From contig CATNEN010000038.1 in NCBI GenBank assembly GCA_950097015.1, positions 26,412,001 through 26,476,000 on the forward strand: 64,000 nucleotides of DNA. Direction: 5' to 3'. Made by a program: the position numbers and the translations under genes. The notes under the pieces are model-generated. The model was given only the letters and a program-made list of their open reading frames with translations, ran no database searches and was not told the origin of the DNA. Below are positions 12,153 to 24,400 of this stretch, piece after piece. Positions within the stretch are counted from its first letter, which is position 1. Each line of letters begins with the position of its first letter. Origin of the DNA: Macrostomum hystrix (Eukaryota; Animalia; Platyhelminthes).

Positions 12153-12535
12153 TAATGTGTCAGAAGCCCAGTACTTCTAATTTTGTCCTATTCTCCCTTT
12201 CCGTTATTCAGAAATTTTTCACGCATTCCCAAAAATAACGATTACAGCAAATCGCAGCATTCCGATTGATTGAGGTGCAATGAGAGGCCTTTTGTCATAT
12301 AGATTTTTTTCACGCCAGAAACCGCTTTTATTTGCTATTCTAAAATCCGAGAAAAACTGACGCTAAGCCTGGGAGAGCGGCTCCATTGTTTGGGCTTTTT
12401 TATCTAGCAGAGTTTTTAAGTGTTGCCAACCATTTCTCTCGAAGCGTTTTAGTCGCTGAAGAGGTTCAAATCTTCCGCAGGCGGGCAGTCTGGTATTTGG
12501 CGCTCTTGTTGCTTTCACAAGCAGCTGGCGCAGTC

Positions 12536-14421
12536 TCATTGTGCCGCTCCCAGTGATGGTTGCTGTGCGCGCTTGCCAAACCTGCAGAGGGATTGACAAT
12601 TGCAACAATGAAATCAGGCAGGCAATGCAGTCCTCTTTTATCCGCATTTGGAAATCAAATTTTCTTCATCCACCAAATACTGTATGCGATGTGGAGTGAG
12701 GCTTTGGCTCGACGAAGCGCGATAGCCAGAGCCGATGCATTCAGTAAAATACTTCGAACAGGAGCAGCTGAGCTCTGGAGGCATGCTCAGCTGACCTCAG
12801 ACAAAAGAACAATACGATGTAAGTCCCACCCACGCCAATGTGAGGTTGAATATTTTTGGGAATTCTCAAAAACTCCTTTCGGTTTTTTTTCGAGGCAATG
12901 CAATGGGACATTTGGGAATTAGGAATGCTGCGATGGGACAAAACATTTCTTGCAGCCTGTCAGCCTGTGAGCCTGATGAAGGAGAGAAGTTTTGGCGCAC
13001 TATTGGCAGCAAAATTTCTGCTCTTTTTAAGACTCTTTTGGAGCGAAGAATTTGCTTTTGTTCCTCTATACTGTTCTCACATGCCGGAGCCAATTATTGA
13101 GTCATTGTTTCAAATTCTGCTGCTCTCACGCTAATATCTATATACCACTCTGTCTCCCTGTCTACCCATCTATCTACCATTCTGTCTCCCTGTCTACCCA
13201 TCTATCTACCATTTTGTCTCCCTGTCTACCCATCTATCTACCATTCTGTCTCCCTGTCTACCCATCTATCTACCATTCTGTTTCCTTGTCTACCAATCTA
13301 TCTACCATTCTGTCTCCCTGTCTACGCATCTATCTACCATTCTGTCTTCCAGTCTCAAACACATATCTTCCTACCATTCTGTCTTTCTGTGTACCCATCT
13401 ATCTACCATTCTATCTTCCTATCTACCCATCTATCTACCAATATATCTGTCTAACCATCTATCTACCAATATATCTTTCTGTCTAACCATCTATCTACCA
13501 ATATATCTTTCTGTCTAACCATCTATCTACCAATATATCTTTCTGTCTAACCATCTATCTACCAATATATCTTTCTGTCTAACCATCTATCTACCAATAT
13601 ATCTTTCTGTCTAACCATCTATCTACCAATATATCTTTCTGTCTAACCATCTATCTACCAATATATCTTTCTGTCTAACCATCTATCTACCAATATATCT
13701 TTCTGTCTAACCATCTATCTACCAATATATCTTTCTGTCTAACCATCTATCTACCAATATATCTTTCTGTCTAACCATCTATCTACCATTCTGTCAACCT
13801 GTCTACCCAACTATCTACCATTCTGTCAACCTGTCTACCCAACTATCTACCATTCTGTCAACCTGTCCACCCATCTATCTACCATTCTGTCTCCCTGTCC
13901 ACCCATCTATCTACCATTCTGTCCCCCTGTCCACCCATCTATCTACCATTCTGTCTCCCTGTCTACCCATCTATGTACTATTTTATCATCCCGTCTATAA
14001 TTTTTCTACGTTTTTGTAACCGATGATATGCAAATTAAATTACACGAGGAACTATCTGTATCTATCAGGTACCTATCAATATACGTGTTGATAGATAAGC
14101 TAAGAAATAACACTATAAATTAAAAGCGAAGTAATTTAGACAAAACCCAGACTCGAACCTCTGCCTGCCCAGCAGTTTCAGGTAAGTCTCTAAGCGGTCC
14201 ATATAGTCCTCGAATTGTTTGGTAGATCGAAATTTCGGTGGCGACACGGAGAACTGTCGCTTCGACATCAGCACCGGACGCAGCCTACTCGAGTCGACAT
14301 CGTTGGGATTAGCGATGACGTCATCGAACTGATCAGCCTCATCTACCGTTGCCATGCCAACTGTAGAGGCTACAGCTAACACAGCCAGTAACAGAGGAAT
14401 CAGAACTAGGCGACCCGTCAT
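12536..14421 (-). CDS. NPF: Neuropeptide F / NPY-family precursor; exons 14421-14159 and 12581-12536
   Basis: Signal peptide MTGRLVLIPLLLAVLAVASTVG, acidic propeptide, KR, then QFSVSPPKFRSTKQFEDYMDRLETYLKLLGRQR|F-GKR-AQQPSLGAAQ*. A phase-2 intron splits the penultimate Arg codon (AG|gttcga ... ctgcag|G TTT GGC AAG CGC), the conserved NPY/NPF intron position. Exon 2 is absent from the ORF track in this frame. Confidence 0.92.
13140..13975. repeat. 32-bp minisatellite in the NPF intron
   Basis: ATATATCTTTCTGTCTAACCATCTATCTACCA and variants. Confidence 0.95.
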
Positions 14422-14992
14422 ATTAGTTTGAGCACAAAAAACTAACGATTTATTATAAAGCTTTGAAAGCAACGATTTTTTGTTTGAAATCTATCAGCAA
14501 GTCCTTTGCCTGGGCTTGGTCGCAAGCATTCTTGTATCTGACGATTGACACGACAGCATTAGCAGTATGGTGTCATTGGCTGCATTTTCTTGAGTTTCCT
14601 GTGAAGGCTTGCTATTGGCTGGAGCAAAGAAGGCAGACAATATGTGTCTACCATGAGATCAGATCAGATCAGCGAAAGTGAATAGAAAATTCGGGAATAT
14701 AAAACTGGTGTCACGCCAATGCATACAGTTAGTTTGGCTTCTTGGATGTACTACTAGACGAAAGATGGACGGCGAATTTGGTTAAAAAAGTGTATCAATT
14801 CGCTAGTTAGGAATTCAAAGCACGGCTGTGGAACTGATAGTGTTTCTCAACTAACGTATCTAGACAAAAAAACTTTTTTGCTCTAAGAACTAAGAACATG
14901 CGATTTCTGAAAATAGGAATTTAGGTGGAACATCTTACAATACGGAGCGAATTGTTACTAGTTATATTTTATAATTAAAACTAAAGAATGTG

Positions 14993-16520
14993 CCAGGGAG
15001 GCAGTGAGGTGTCACAAGTCAGTCAGTGAGTTGTCAGGAAGGCAGTGAGGTGTCAGGAAGGCAGTGAGTTGTCAGGAAGGCAGTGAGGTGTCAGGAAGGC
15101 AGTGAGGTGTCAGGGAGGCAGTGAGGTGTCAGGAAGGCAGTGAGGTGTCAGGAAGACAGTGAGGTGTCAGGAAGGCAGTGAGGTGTCAGGAAGGCAGTGA
15201 GTTGTCAGGAAGGCAGTGAGGTGTCAGGAAGGCAGTGAGGTGTCAGGGAGGCAGTGAGGTGTCAGGAAGGCAGTGAGGTGTCAGGAAGACAGTGAGGTGT
15301 CAGGAAGGCAGTGAGGTGTCAGGAAGGCAGTGAGTTGTCAGGAAGGCAGTGAGGTGTCAGGAAGGCAGTGAGGTGTCAGGGAGGCAGTGAGGTGTCAGGA
15401 AGGCAGTGAGGTGTCAGGAAGACAGTGAGGTGTCAGAAGTCAGTTAGGTGTCAGGGAGGCAGTGAGGTGTCAGGAGTCAGTGAGGTGTCAGGGAGGCAGT
15501 GAGGTGTCAGTGAGGTGTCAGGAAGGCAGTGAGATGTCAGGAAGGCAGTGAGGTGTCAGGAAGTCAGTGAGGTGTCAGGAAGGCAGTGAGGTGTCAGGAA
15601 GGCAGTGAGGTGTCAGGGAGGCAGTGAGGTGTCAGGGAGGCAGTGAGGTGTCAGGAAGGCAGTGAGGTGTCAGGCAGTCAGTGAGGTGTCAGGCAGTCAG
15701 TGAGGTGTCAGGAAGGCAGTGAGGTGTCAGGAAAGCAGTGAGGTGTCAGGAAGGCAGTGAGGTGTCAGGAAGGCAGTGAGGTGTCAGGAAAGCAGTGAGG
15801 TGTCAGGAAGGCAGTGAGGTGTCAGGCAGTCAGTGAGGTGTCAGGAAGGCAGTGAGGTGTCAGGGACGCAGTGAGGTGTCAGGGAGGCAGTGAGGTGTCA
15901 GGAAGGCAGTGAGGTGTCAGGAAGGCAGTGAGGTGTCAGGCAGTCAGTGAGGTGTCAGGAAGGCAGTGAGGTGTCAGGCAGTCAGTGAGGTGTCAGGAAG
16001 GCAGTGAGGTGTCAGGGACGCAGTGAGGTGTCAGGGAGGCAGTGAGGTGTCAGGAAGGCAGTGAGGTGTCAGGAAGGCAGTGAGGTGTCAGGCAGTCAGT
16101 GAGGTGTCAGGAAGGCAGTGAGGTGTCAGGGACGCAGTGAGATGTCAGGGAGGCAGTGAGGTGTCAGGAAGGCAGTGAGGTGTCAGGGACGCAGTGAGGT
16201 GTCAGGGAGGCAGTGAGGTGTCAGGAAGGCAGTGAGGTGTCAGGAAGGCAGTGAGGTGTCAGGGACGCAGTGAGATGTCAGGGAGGCAGTGAGGTGTCAG
16301 GGAGGCAGTGAGGTGTCAGGAAGGCAGTGAGGTGTCAGGAAGGCAGTGAGGTGTCAGGCAGTCAGTGAGGTGTCAGGAAGGCAGTGAGGTGTCAGGGACG
16401 CAGTGAGATGTCAGGGAGGCAGTGAGGTGTCAGGGAGGCAGTGAGGTGTCAGGAAGGCAGTGAGGTGTCAGGAAGGCAGTGAGGTGTCAGGAAGGCAGTG
16501 AGGTGTCAGGCAGTCAGTGG
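14993..16520. repeat. 20-bp minisatellite upstream of NPF
   Basis: (AGGAAGGCAGTGAGGTGTC..)n with period 20. Confidence 0.97.
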
Positions 16521-17118
16521 GGTTTTTAGAATAGTCTAAAGCTTAATGTAGTTAAGAATCGCCTACTTTGAGTAGCGAGAAAAGGCTGTTAGTAAAGAAA
16601 GCATTGTGATATAAGACAAGAGTTATGCAACTATTGTTGTGCTTTGATTAATTTTATAAACTTATCGGTTTTACTTTAAATTGTCGTTGTTTAAGCTGAA
16701 TAAAGCACACAAAAAGTTAAATTTTAGGCAATCGAAATATAATATGTAATATATCCGAGTGGGAAAAAAGATTTGTTAAGTATAAAACTGCAAGTCGCAA
16801 TACAGAAAAAAGTTACTGCTTTAAAAAAATACCACCAAACCGATGCGAATAAAAAACGTCAAAATTGCGAAAATTGCGCTTTCAAAAGCTAAAATTATGT
16901 TCATTTAGGGAAATTGAATACTTTTCTAAGCACTCACAAATACACCGTTAATTACACATTTACAGAAGACAACAGAAAAATTAATATAACAAAAATAGCT
17001 GAACTTCCAGAACCGCTTTGACTATTTACAAAGACAGATTTTCGTTGCTGGGTTGTTCCTGTGCCCAGAAACTACCGACTGCTGCGAGTGAAGAGAGATG
17101 GAAGAGGGAAGTTGGAGA

Positions 17119-17840
17119 TGGAGAGAGCAGGTGGAGAGAGAGCAGGTGGAGAGAGAGCAGGTGGAGAGATAGCAGGTGGAGAGAGAGCAGGTGGAGAGAG
17201 AGCAGGTGGAGAGAGAGCAGGTGGAGAGATAGCAGGTGGAGAGAGAGCAGGTGGAGAGAGAGCAGGTGGAGAGAGAGCAGGTGGAGAGAGCAGGTGGAGA
17301 GAGCAGGTGGAAAGAGAGCAGGTGGAGAGAGAGCAGGTGGAGAGAGCAGGTGGAGAGAGCAGGTGGAGAGAGCAGGTGGAGAGAGAGCAGGTGGAGAGAG
17401 AGCAGGTGGAGAGAGCAGGTGGAGAGAGCAGGTGGAGAGAGCAGGTGGAGAGAGCAGGTGGAGAGAGCAGGTGGAGAGAGCAGGTGGAGAGAGCGGGTGG
17501 AGAGAGCGGGTGGAGAGAGAGCGGGTGGAGAGAGAGCAGGTAGAGAGAGCAGGTGGAGAGAGCAGGTGGAGAGAGCAGGTGGAGAGAGCGGGTGGAGAGA
17601 GAGCGGGTGGAGAGAGAGCAGGTGGAGAGAGCAGGTGGAGAGAGCAGGTGGAGAGAGCAGGTGGAGAGAGCAGGTGGAGAGAGCAGGTGGAGAGAGCAGG
17701 TGGAGAGAGCGGGTGGAGAGAGAGCGGGTGGAGAGAGAGCAGGTGGAGAGAGCAGGTGGAGAGAGCAGGTGGAGAGAGCAGGTGGAGAGAGCAGGTGGAG
17801 AGAGCAGGTGGAGAGAGAGAGCAGACGGAGAGAGAGCAGA
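17119..17840. repeat. 14/16-bp minisatellite
   Basis: (GCAGGTGGAGAGA[GA])n. Confidence 0.97.
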
Positions 17841-18487
17841 TAAGAGCGGGAGGTGCAGAATAAAGTAAAAAAAACTGGAAATTTAAAGAAGATCAGCATA
17901 AAATATGTTGTCAAATTAATTTACTGGACACAATTCCTCAGTTAGGCAAGAATGAAAAAACACAATGTAGTATAGTATGAGAATGAGAAACACACGAATT
18001 GTAGTTATAATTTTTCGATTATAAAGTCTTACATAGCTACGAGCGTACGTGTGAATAAAAACAGATGAATGATGCTAGATTTGAAAGGCAAAAGCATCTT
18101 AAATTAAGTGCAATATTTAAGGATGCGAGGACGCACATTAGCTACTTTAAGCAATGACAGCAGCAACCGATAATATTGAAAATGTACAAAACTTTTTGAA
18201 ATATCTAAAAAGTACTACTTTAAGTACTGTTCTAAAGACTTCAATTTTTAATTGCAAAATGAAAATTCTGGATTGGGATCTCAGAATCCGGAGACTGAAA
18301 CCTTAAGATTCGGGATAGGGATCTGAAAATTCGGAAGCTGAATCCTTAAGATTCGAGATTGGGATCTGAAAATTCGGAGAGTGAATCCTGAAGATTCGGG
18401 ATTGGGATCCGAAAATTGGGGACTTGATCCCAGGATTGCAGATTGGGATTAGAAAACTCAATGTCGCATCATTCTAGTTCATTGCCA

Positions 18488-21400
18488 TCAAACTGCTGGC
18501 TCAGAGCTGGATCTCATGTCGGCAGACAGTAAAGGGAGACTTTCAGCCCTAGAAAGCTGCTGCTCTAGCTCCCTGAGTTGCTGCGACTGCAGCTGCTGCT
18601 GTTGCTCCAACGAGCGAAGGAGCTGGCAAGTTTCAACACTTCTGCCGTTGATGTTGACAATGTTGCTATCGCCATGTCCTAATGACAAGTGCTGCATGGA
18701 CGAAGTGTCCGGCCCGACAACGAAAGCGGATCTCGGTTGAAGCATTGTGCAGCCGGGCTTCAGACTGTGCACCTTCTGCTGCTGTTTAATCTGCTTCTGC
18801 TGATCTTTTAGGGCCAATTTCTGCTGCTGCTGCTGCGGCTTCGTTAGCGCCTTCAGGGCCTCTTTGCGTTCGGCATTGGCTCTGGCTTTAGCTTTGGCAC
18901 CGCTGGACAGCTGGAACACGTCCAAATGGTGCACCAGGTCTTTGCCCTGCCGCTGCAGTCGCTTCAACAGCGCCCGAGTGAGGTGGGCCTCCGTCTCCTC
19001 CGTGGTGCCAAACGAATCGTGGGCGTGCACGCCGTCGAAGTCGAAGGTGCGAAAGAAGTCGGCCAACTGCTGCTCGTCAGCCTCGCCATTGTCGGTGAGA
19101 CCCTGCGGAAACAGCGAGTCCTCGGCACCGCCAAGCTTCACCGACACTTTCAGGTTGGAGTTCAGGATCTCAGATAGGGGCAGGTCTTCCCGGTCCTTGC
19201 CCAAAGGATTCATCAGGCACATGCCGATCTTGAACCAGCCTGAAATAAGAAGAGTACAACAGTCAGGGTCAGGCGAATCTGATCTACCCTTTCCTGCGTC
19301 TCTCATCTACCCTTCCCTGCGTCTCTCATCTACCCTTCCCTGCGTCTCTCATCTACCCTTCCCTGCGTCTCTCATCTACCCTTCCCTGCGTCTCTCATCT
19401 ACCCTTCCCTGCGTCTCTTATCTACATTTCCCTGCGTCTCTCATCTACCCTTCCCTGCGTCTCTTATCTACCTTACCCTGCGTCTCTTATCTACCTTTCC
19501 CTGCGTCTCTCATCTACCCTTCCCTGCGTCTCTCATCTACCCTTCCCTGCGTCTCTTATCTACATTTCCCTGCGTCTGTTATCTACCTTTCCCTGCGTCT
19601 CTTATCTACATTTCCCTGCGTCTCTTATCTACCTTTCCCTGCGTCTCTTATCTACCCTTCCCTGCGTCTATTATCTACCCTTCCTAAGGTGTCTTGTCTA
19701 GAACTTCTTTATGTCTTATCCCTTCTTAAATGTTTGTATTTGTCAAATAAACAAACTCACCTAGGTAGAATATAAATTCCAGCGATCCCAAAATGGGAAT
19801 ATAGGCCAGCACCTCCAGACCAAATGGTCGATCAAAAGTCGAGCTTTCTGAGGCCACTCTGAAGATGGTGTCATTTCCAGCCAGGCCAACGTTTGACAGC
19901 ACCCTCGATGTTTGATCAGCGCCACCGTTCATATCGGACTCAATGAGCTGGGTAGAGAGCAGAGACGCGAACAAAAATATGTAAACAGCCGTGACGGCCA
20001 CCTGGGTGTAGACCAGCGGTATGTTGAACTCGCTGTAGGTCCACAAAACGCCGAGGTCGTTGCGAAAGTTCTGCGCGATGGTCACCATCCAGAGGAACTG
20101 GCGCTCGTCAGCGATGCACCCTGGAAGTGACAAGGATAAACCATGACAAAACTGGCTTCCCTTCATCTCTGACGGCTTCCCTTCATCACTGACGGCTTCC
20201 CTTCATCTCTGATGGCTTCCCTTCATCACTGATGGCTTCCCTTCATCTCTGATGGCTTCCCTTCATCTCTGACGGCTTCCCTTCATCACTGACGGCTTCC
20301 CTTGATCTCTGATGGCTTCCCTTCATCACTGACGGCTTCCCTTCATCACTGACGGCTTCCCTTGATCTCTGACGGCTTCCCTTGATCTCTGATGGCCTCC
20401 TTTCATCTCTGATGGCTTCCCTTCATCTCTGACTGCTTCCCTTCATCTCTGATGGCTTCCCTTCATCTCTGACGGCTTCCCTTCATCACTGACGGCTTCC
20501 CTTCATCACTGACGGCTTCCCTTCATCTCTGATGGCTTCCCTTGATCTCTGATGGCTTCCCTTGATCTCTGACGGCTTCCCTTCATCACTGATGGCTTCC
20601 CTTCATCACTGACGGCTTCCCTTCATCACTGACGGCTTCCCTTGATCTCTGACGGCTTCCCTTGATCTCTGATGGCCTCCTTTCATCTCTGATGGCTTCC
20701 CTTCATCTCTGACTGCTTCCCTTCATCTCTGATGGCTTCCCTTCATCTCTGACGGCTTCCCTTGATCTCTGATGGCCTCCTTTCATCTCTGACGGCCTCC
20801 TTTCATATCTGACGGCTTCCCTTGATCTCTGACGGCTTCCCTTGATCTCTGATGGCCTCCTTTCATATCTGACGGCTTCCCTTCATCTCTGACTGCTTCC
20901 CTTCATCTCTGATGGCTTCCCTTCATCTCTGATGGCTTCCCTTCATCTCTGATGGCTTCCCTTCATCTCTGATGGCTTCCTTCATCTCTGACGGCTTCCC
21001 TTCACCTCAGCGAGTACCCCTTCACCTCAGCTCCCAACTACTTTGGGAACATACTAAAGCTATACAGCTACTCAAAGCATGGATTTATTTATACACTCGA
21101 TAGAACTAAATTTAATAAGCCGTGTCTAGATTACCGCATGTTACAAATCCTAACATTTTATTAGGATTTATCATACTTAACTAAGCTTACAAGACTACAG
21201 CTAAAGTACATTTGATGGTTTACAATTCGAAAACTGCCAGCTAGCAAGCGATAAGAAATTCGGTTTGCTAATGCTTATGATTTGAATTTAACGAGGTACT
21301 GCATGAGAAAATCAGTGCTGTATGTGAGTTTATCGAGTTAAGGCCTTCATTTGTAAGATCCTGTCTGTGTGATTGGAAAATTAACTTATCGCAATTAACA

Positions 21401-24400
21401 TGAAGCTTTAGGTATGCATAAAGTACAAGAGGAAGTAGGGATGTAATAGGGGTTTGTTTTAGAAAGCGAGATAAGCCTAGGGCTTTTTCGATAGGGAGGC
21501 TAGAATCATAAAATAAACCGGATATAAAATAGATACAGAACGGAGGGAAACAGGGAAGCAGTAAGGCAGGAAGGAAGGGTCAGGAAAGCAAAGTAGAGAT
21601 TCAGGGAAGCCGGTAGGAAACGGATAGTGAGGCAGAGAGAGACATGCAGGGGGCAAGGAGACAAGGAGACAGACAGGGAGACAGGCAGGGGGCAGGGAGA
21701 CAGGCAGGGAGGCAGGGAGACAGGCAGGGAGGCAGGGAGACAGGCAGGGAGGCAGGGAGTCAGGGAGACAGGCAGGGAGGCAGGCAGGGAGGCAGGGAGG
21801 CAGGGAGACAGGGAGGCAGGGAGACAGGCAGGGAGGCAGTGAGACAGGCAGGGAGGTCAGGGAGACAGGCAGGGGGGCAGGGCGCCGGTAAAGCAGGCTT
21901 CTCACCGATGTTCTTGGCCCGTCGCATGATTCGATTGGCCCAACTAAGCGGCAGCCAGTACTCAGGCGTGTAAGTCCAGTCGGTGTCCTTGGACAATTCG
22001 GCCGATCTGGCGAACACTTTCATCTCTTCTTCGGTGATCAAACGGCCAAAGTACTTCTGCACCTTGGCGTCCGAGTTGATTAGTTCGAGTCGCTGCTGCC
22101 AGGTTAATTTGAATTCGCGCGTATTTTTCGGCCTCATAAAGCCGAACCGATGCTTGATGTGCAGAGAGATAGTGGCCATCATGAGTATCCAGGCCAGATT
22201 GAAATAGCGCAGTACAGTGATGCGCACCTTTCTAGCAATGTCCGATTTGGCTTTGTGACTGCTCTCGATCAGGCCCTGGGCGTAGAAAGCTGGCGCGTGC
22301 ATCCACGGTATGGCCATGCACATGTTCCACCAGCTGCGGGTGGAGAGTTTTATTTTGTACATACATGTAAGATATTTTTTACAGAAATTACTATCCCAGC
22401 TTCCTCCGAAAACCTCATGCTTCCCACTTTGAGCAGCTTACTTCCTCCGAACTCATCTGCTTCCCATCTTAAACAGCCTTCTTCCTCCGAACTCATGATC
22501 TGCTTCCCATTTTGAGCAGCTTTATTCCTCCGAACATATCTGCTTCCCACCTTGAGCAGCTTTCTTCTTCCAAACTCATGATCTGCTTCCCATCTTGAGC
22601 AGCTTTCTTCCTCCAAACTCATCTGCTTCCCATCTTGAGCAGCTTTCTTCCTCCAAACTCATCTGCTTCCCATCTTGAGCAGCTTTCTTCCTCCGAACTC
22701 ATCTGCTTCCCTGCGTCCGACGACGTGCATTCTTTCTCTTTCTCTCTCAGTGCACCTGCCCCCAGTCCCCCATTGACGCGTACAATGTACATTGCACACT
22801 GCACTTGACTAAACAATAATATATATATCGGCTCTCTGCCCATCGCTGGCTTTAAGCGATTCGTAGCTCGCACACACTCGCCTTGACTTCTAACATAACA
22901 TGGCGTCGCAAGTCTAAACTTTCTAGCAAGCCAGCATGGATGGATTGAGGCCGCCAGAGCCCATGATTTTTGACACCAATAGGGCAGACAACTGGAGGCA
23001 ATGGATCAGTGCATTTGATTTCTACATGAAAGCTACGAAGAGGACTGAAGAAAGTGAAGAAGTGAAGATCGCTGTTCTCCTGACCGCGCTGGGATCCGAT
23101 GGACAGGACGTATTCTCCACGTTTCCTGCAGACCAAGTAGCAACGTAAGCAGCTGTAAAGAGTGCGTTTCAAGAGTACTGCGAGCCTCTGTCGAATGAGA
23201 CCTTTGAGCGCCACCAGCTTCGAACAAGAGTGCAAGGAGAAGCTGAGGACTTCGACCAATTCTTGACTTCGCCAGCTCATCAAGCGAAGCGATGCAACTA
23301 CAGCGAGCCAGCGAACAAGGAGACCATCGAGAACAGATCGTCATCGGTGCGAACGACCCAGCTCTGAGGGAGAGGCTTCTCCGCGAGACAAAGCGGACGC
23401 TGGACCGCGCCATCCAGATGTGTCGAGCGTCGAAGCGGCAGGCTCGGACCCTGGCCACAGCGCAGATCAGCCGAGCAACGCCTGCACCCGCGCCAGCGTC
23501 CGTCGAGGCAGTTCAAGGCCGAACCAGCCGGTCGCAGCCCGCCAGCAATGCCAAGCCGGCTCGCAGCTGCGGCTTCTGCGGACAGCAGCATGAGCGGCGC
23601 AAGTGCCCGGCATTCGGTAAGACCTGCAATAACTGTGGTCGCGCAAACCATTTCACGTCCGTGTGCCGCTCAGCTAAGAAGGTCAACGAGCTGGTGGAGA
23701 ACACTGAGACCGAGTCCGCAGGTGATGGCCCGGCTGCAGCAATCATGACCGTGGAGCAGCCAGGTGCTCGAACCAAGGCGCAAACCGACAGCTCGGCAAT
23801 GGTGTGCCTGACTGTCACGGACTCTGGAAGAAAGCTGCACTGCTGCAGTTCAAGGTGGACACTGTTGCCGACGTCAACGTGATCCCTCTGAGACTGCTGA
23901 TCCAGCTCGCCCCGGCAGCATCGATTGAGCCGACATCCTGGACTCTGACAACGTACAACAAGCAGCTACTGGACGTAGTCGGCATCACGTACTTAACTGT
24001 GTCTTCGCCCTGCCGGAAGAATGTCCCACTTCAGTTTGTTGTTGTCGGCGAGAACTCCACGCCCATCATCGGCTGGAAGTCAGCGATTGAGGAGCTGCAG
24101 CTGGTCAAGAAGCTGTTCTCGTTGCAGCAGAGTCCAAGCAGCATCAGCAAGGTGAGCAAGCAGCAGTTATCGGAACTGAACTCCAGCCAGTTAAAGGCCA
24201 GCTTCCCAGAAGTATTCAACGGCGTTGGTTGCATGAAGCAGCCATACACCATTCAACTGTCGGACAACGCAGTGCCTAAAGTGCAGCCTCCTCGCAAGGT
24301 GCCATTTGCTGCGTATCAACCTCTGAAGTGCGAGCTGGAGAGACTGGAGAAGGAAGGAACGATCGCGCGAGTCGACAAACCGACGCAGTGGGTCTCCAAT

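Noticed and set aside
12560-13134. Short + strand ORFs inside the NPF intron
   Set aside because: No recognisable domain or consistent exon structure.
17018-17914. Multiple overlapping repetitive ORFs (likewise at 6406-7864, 30286-31342, 32995-34357, 44910-45578 and 60669-61391)
   Set aside because: Open in several frames and on both strands because they are minisatellites.
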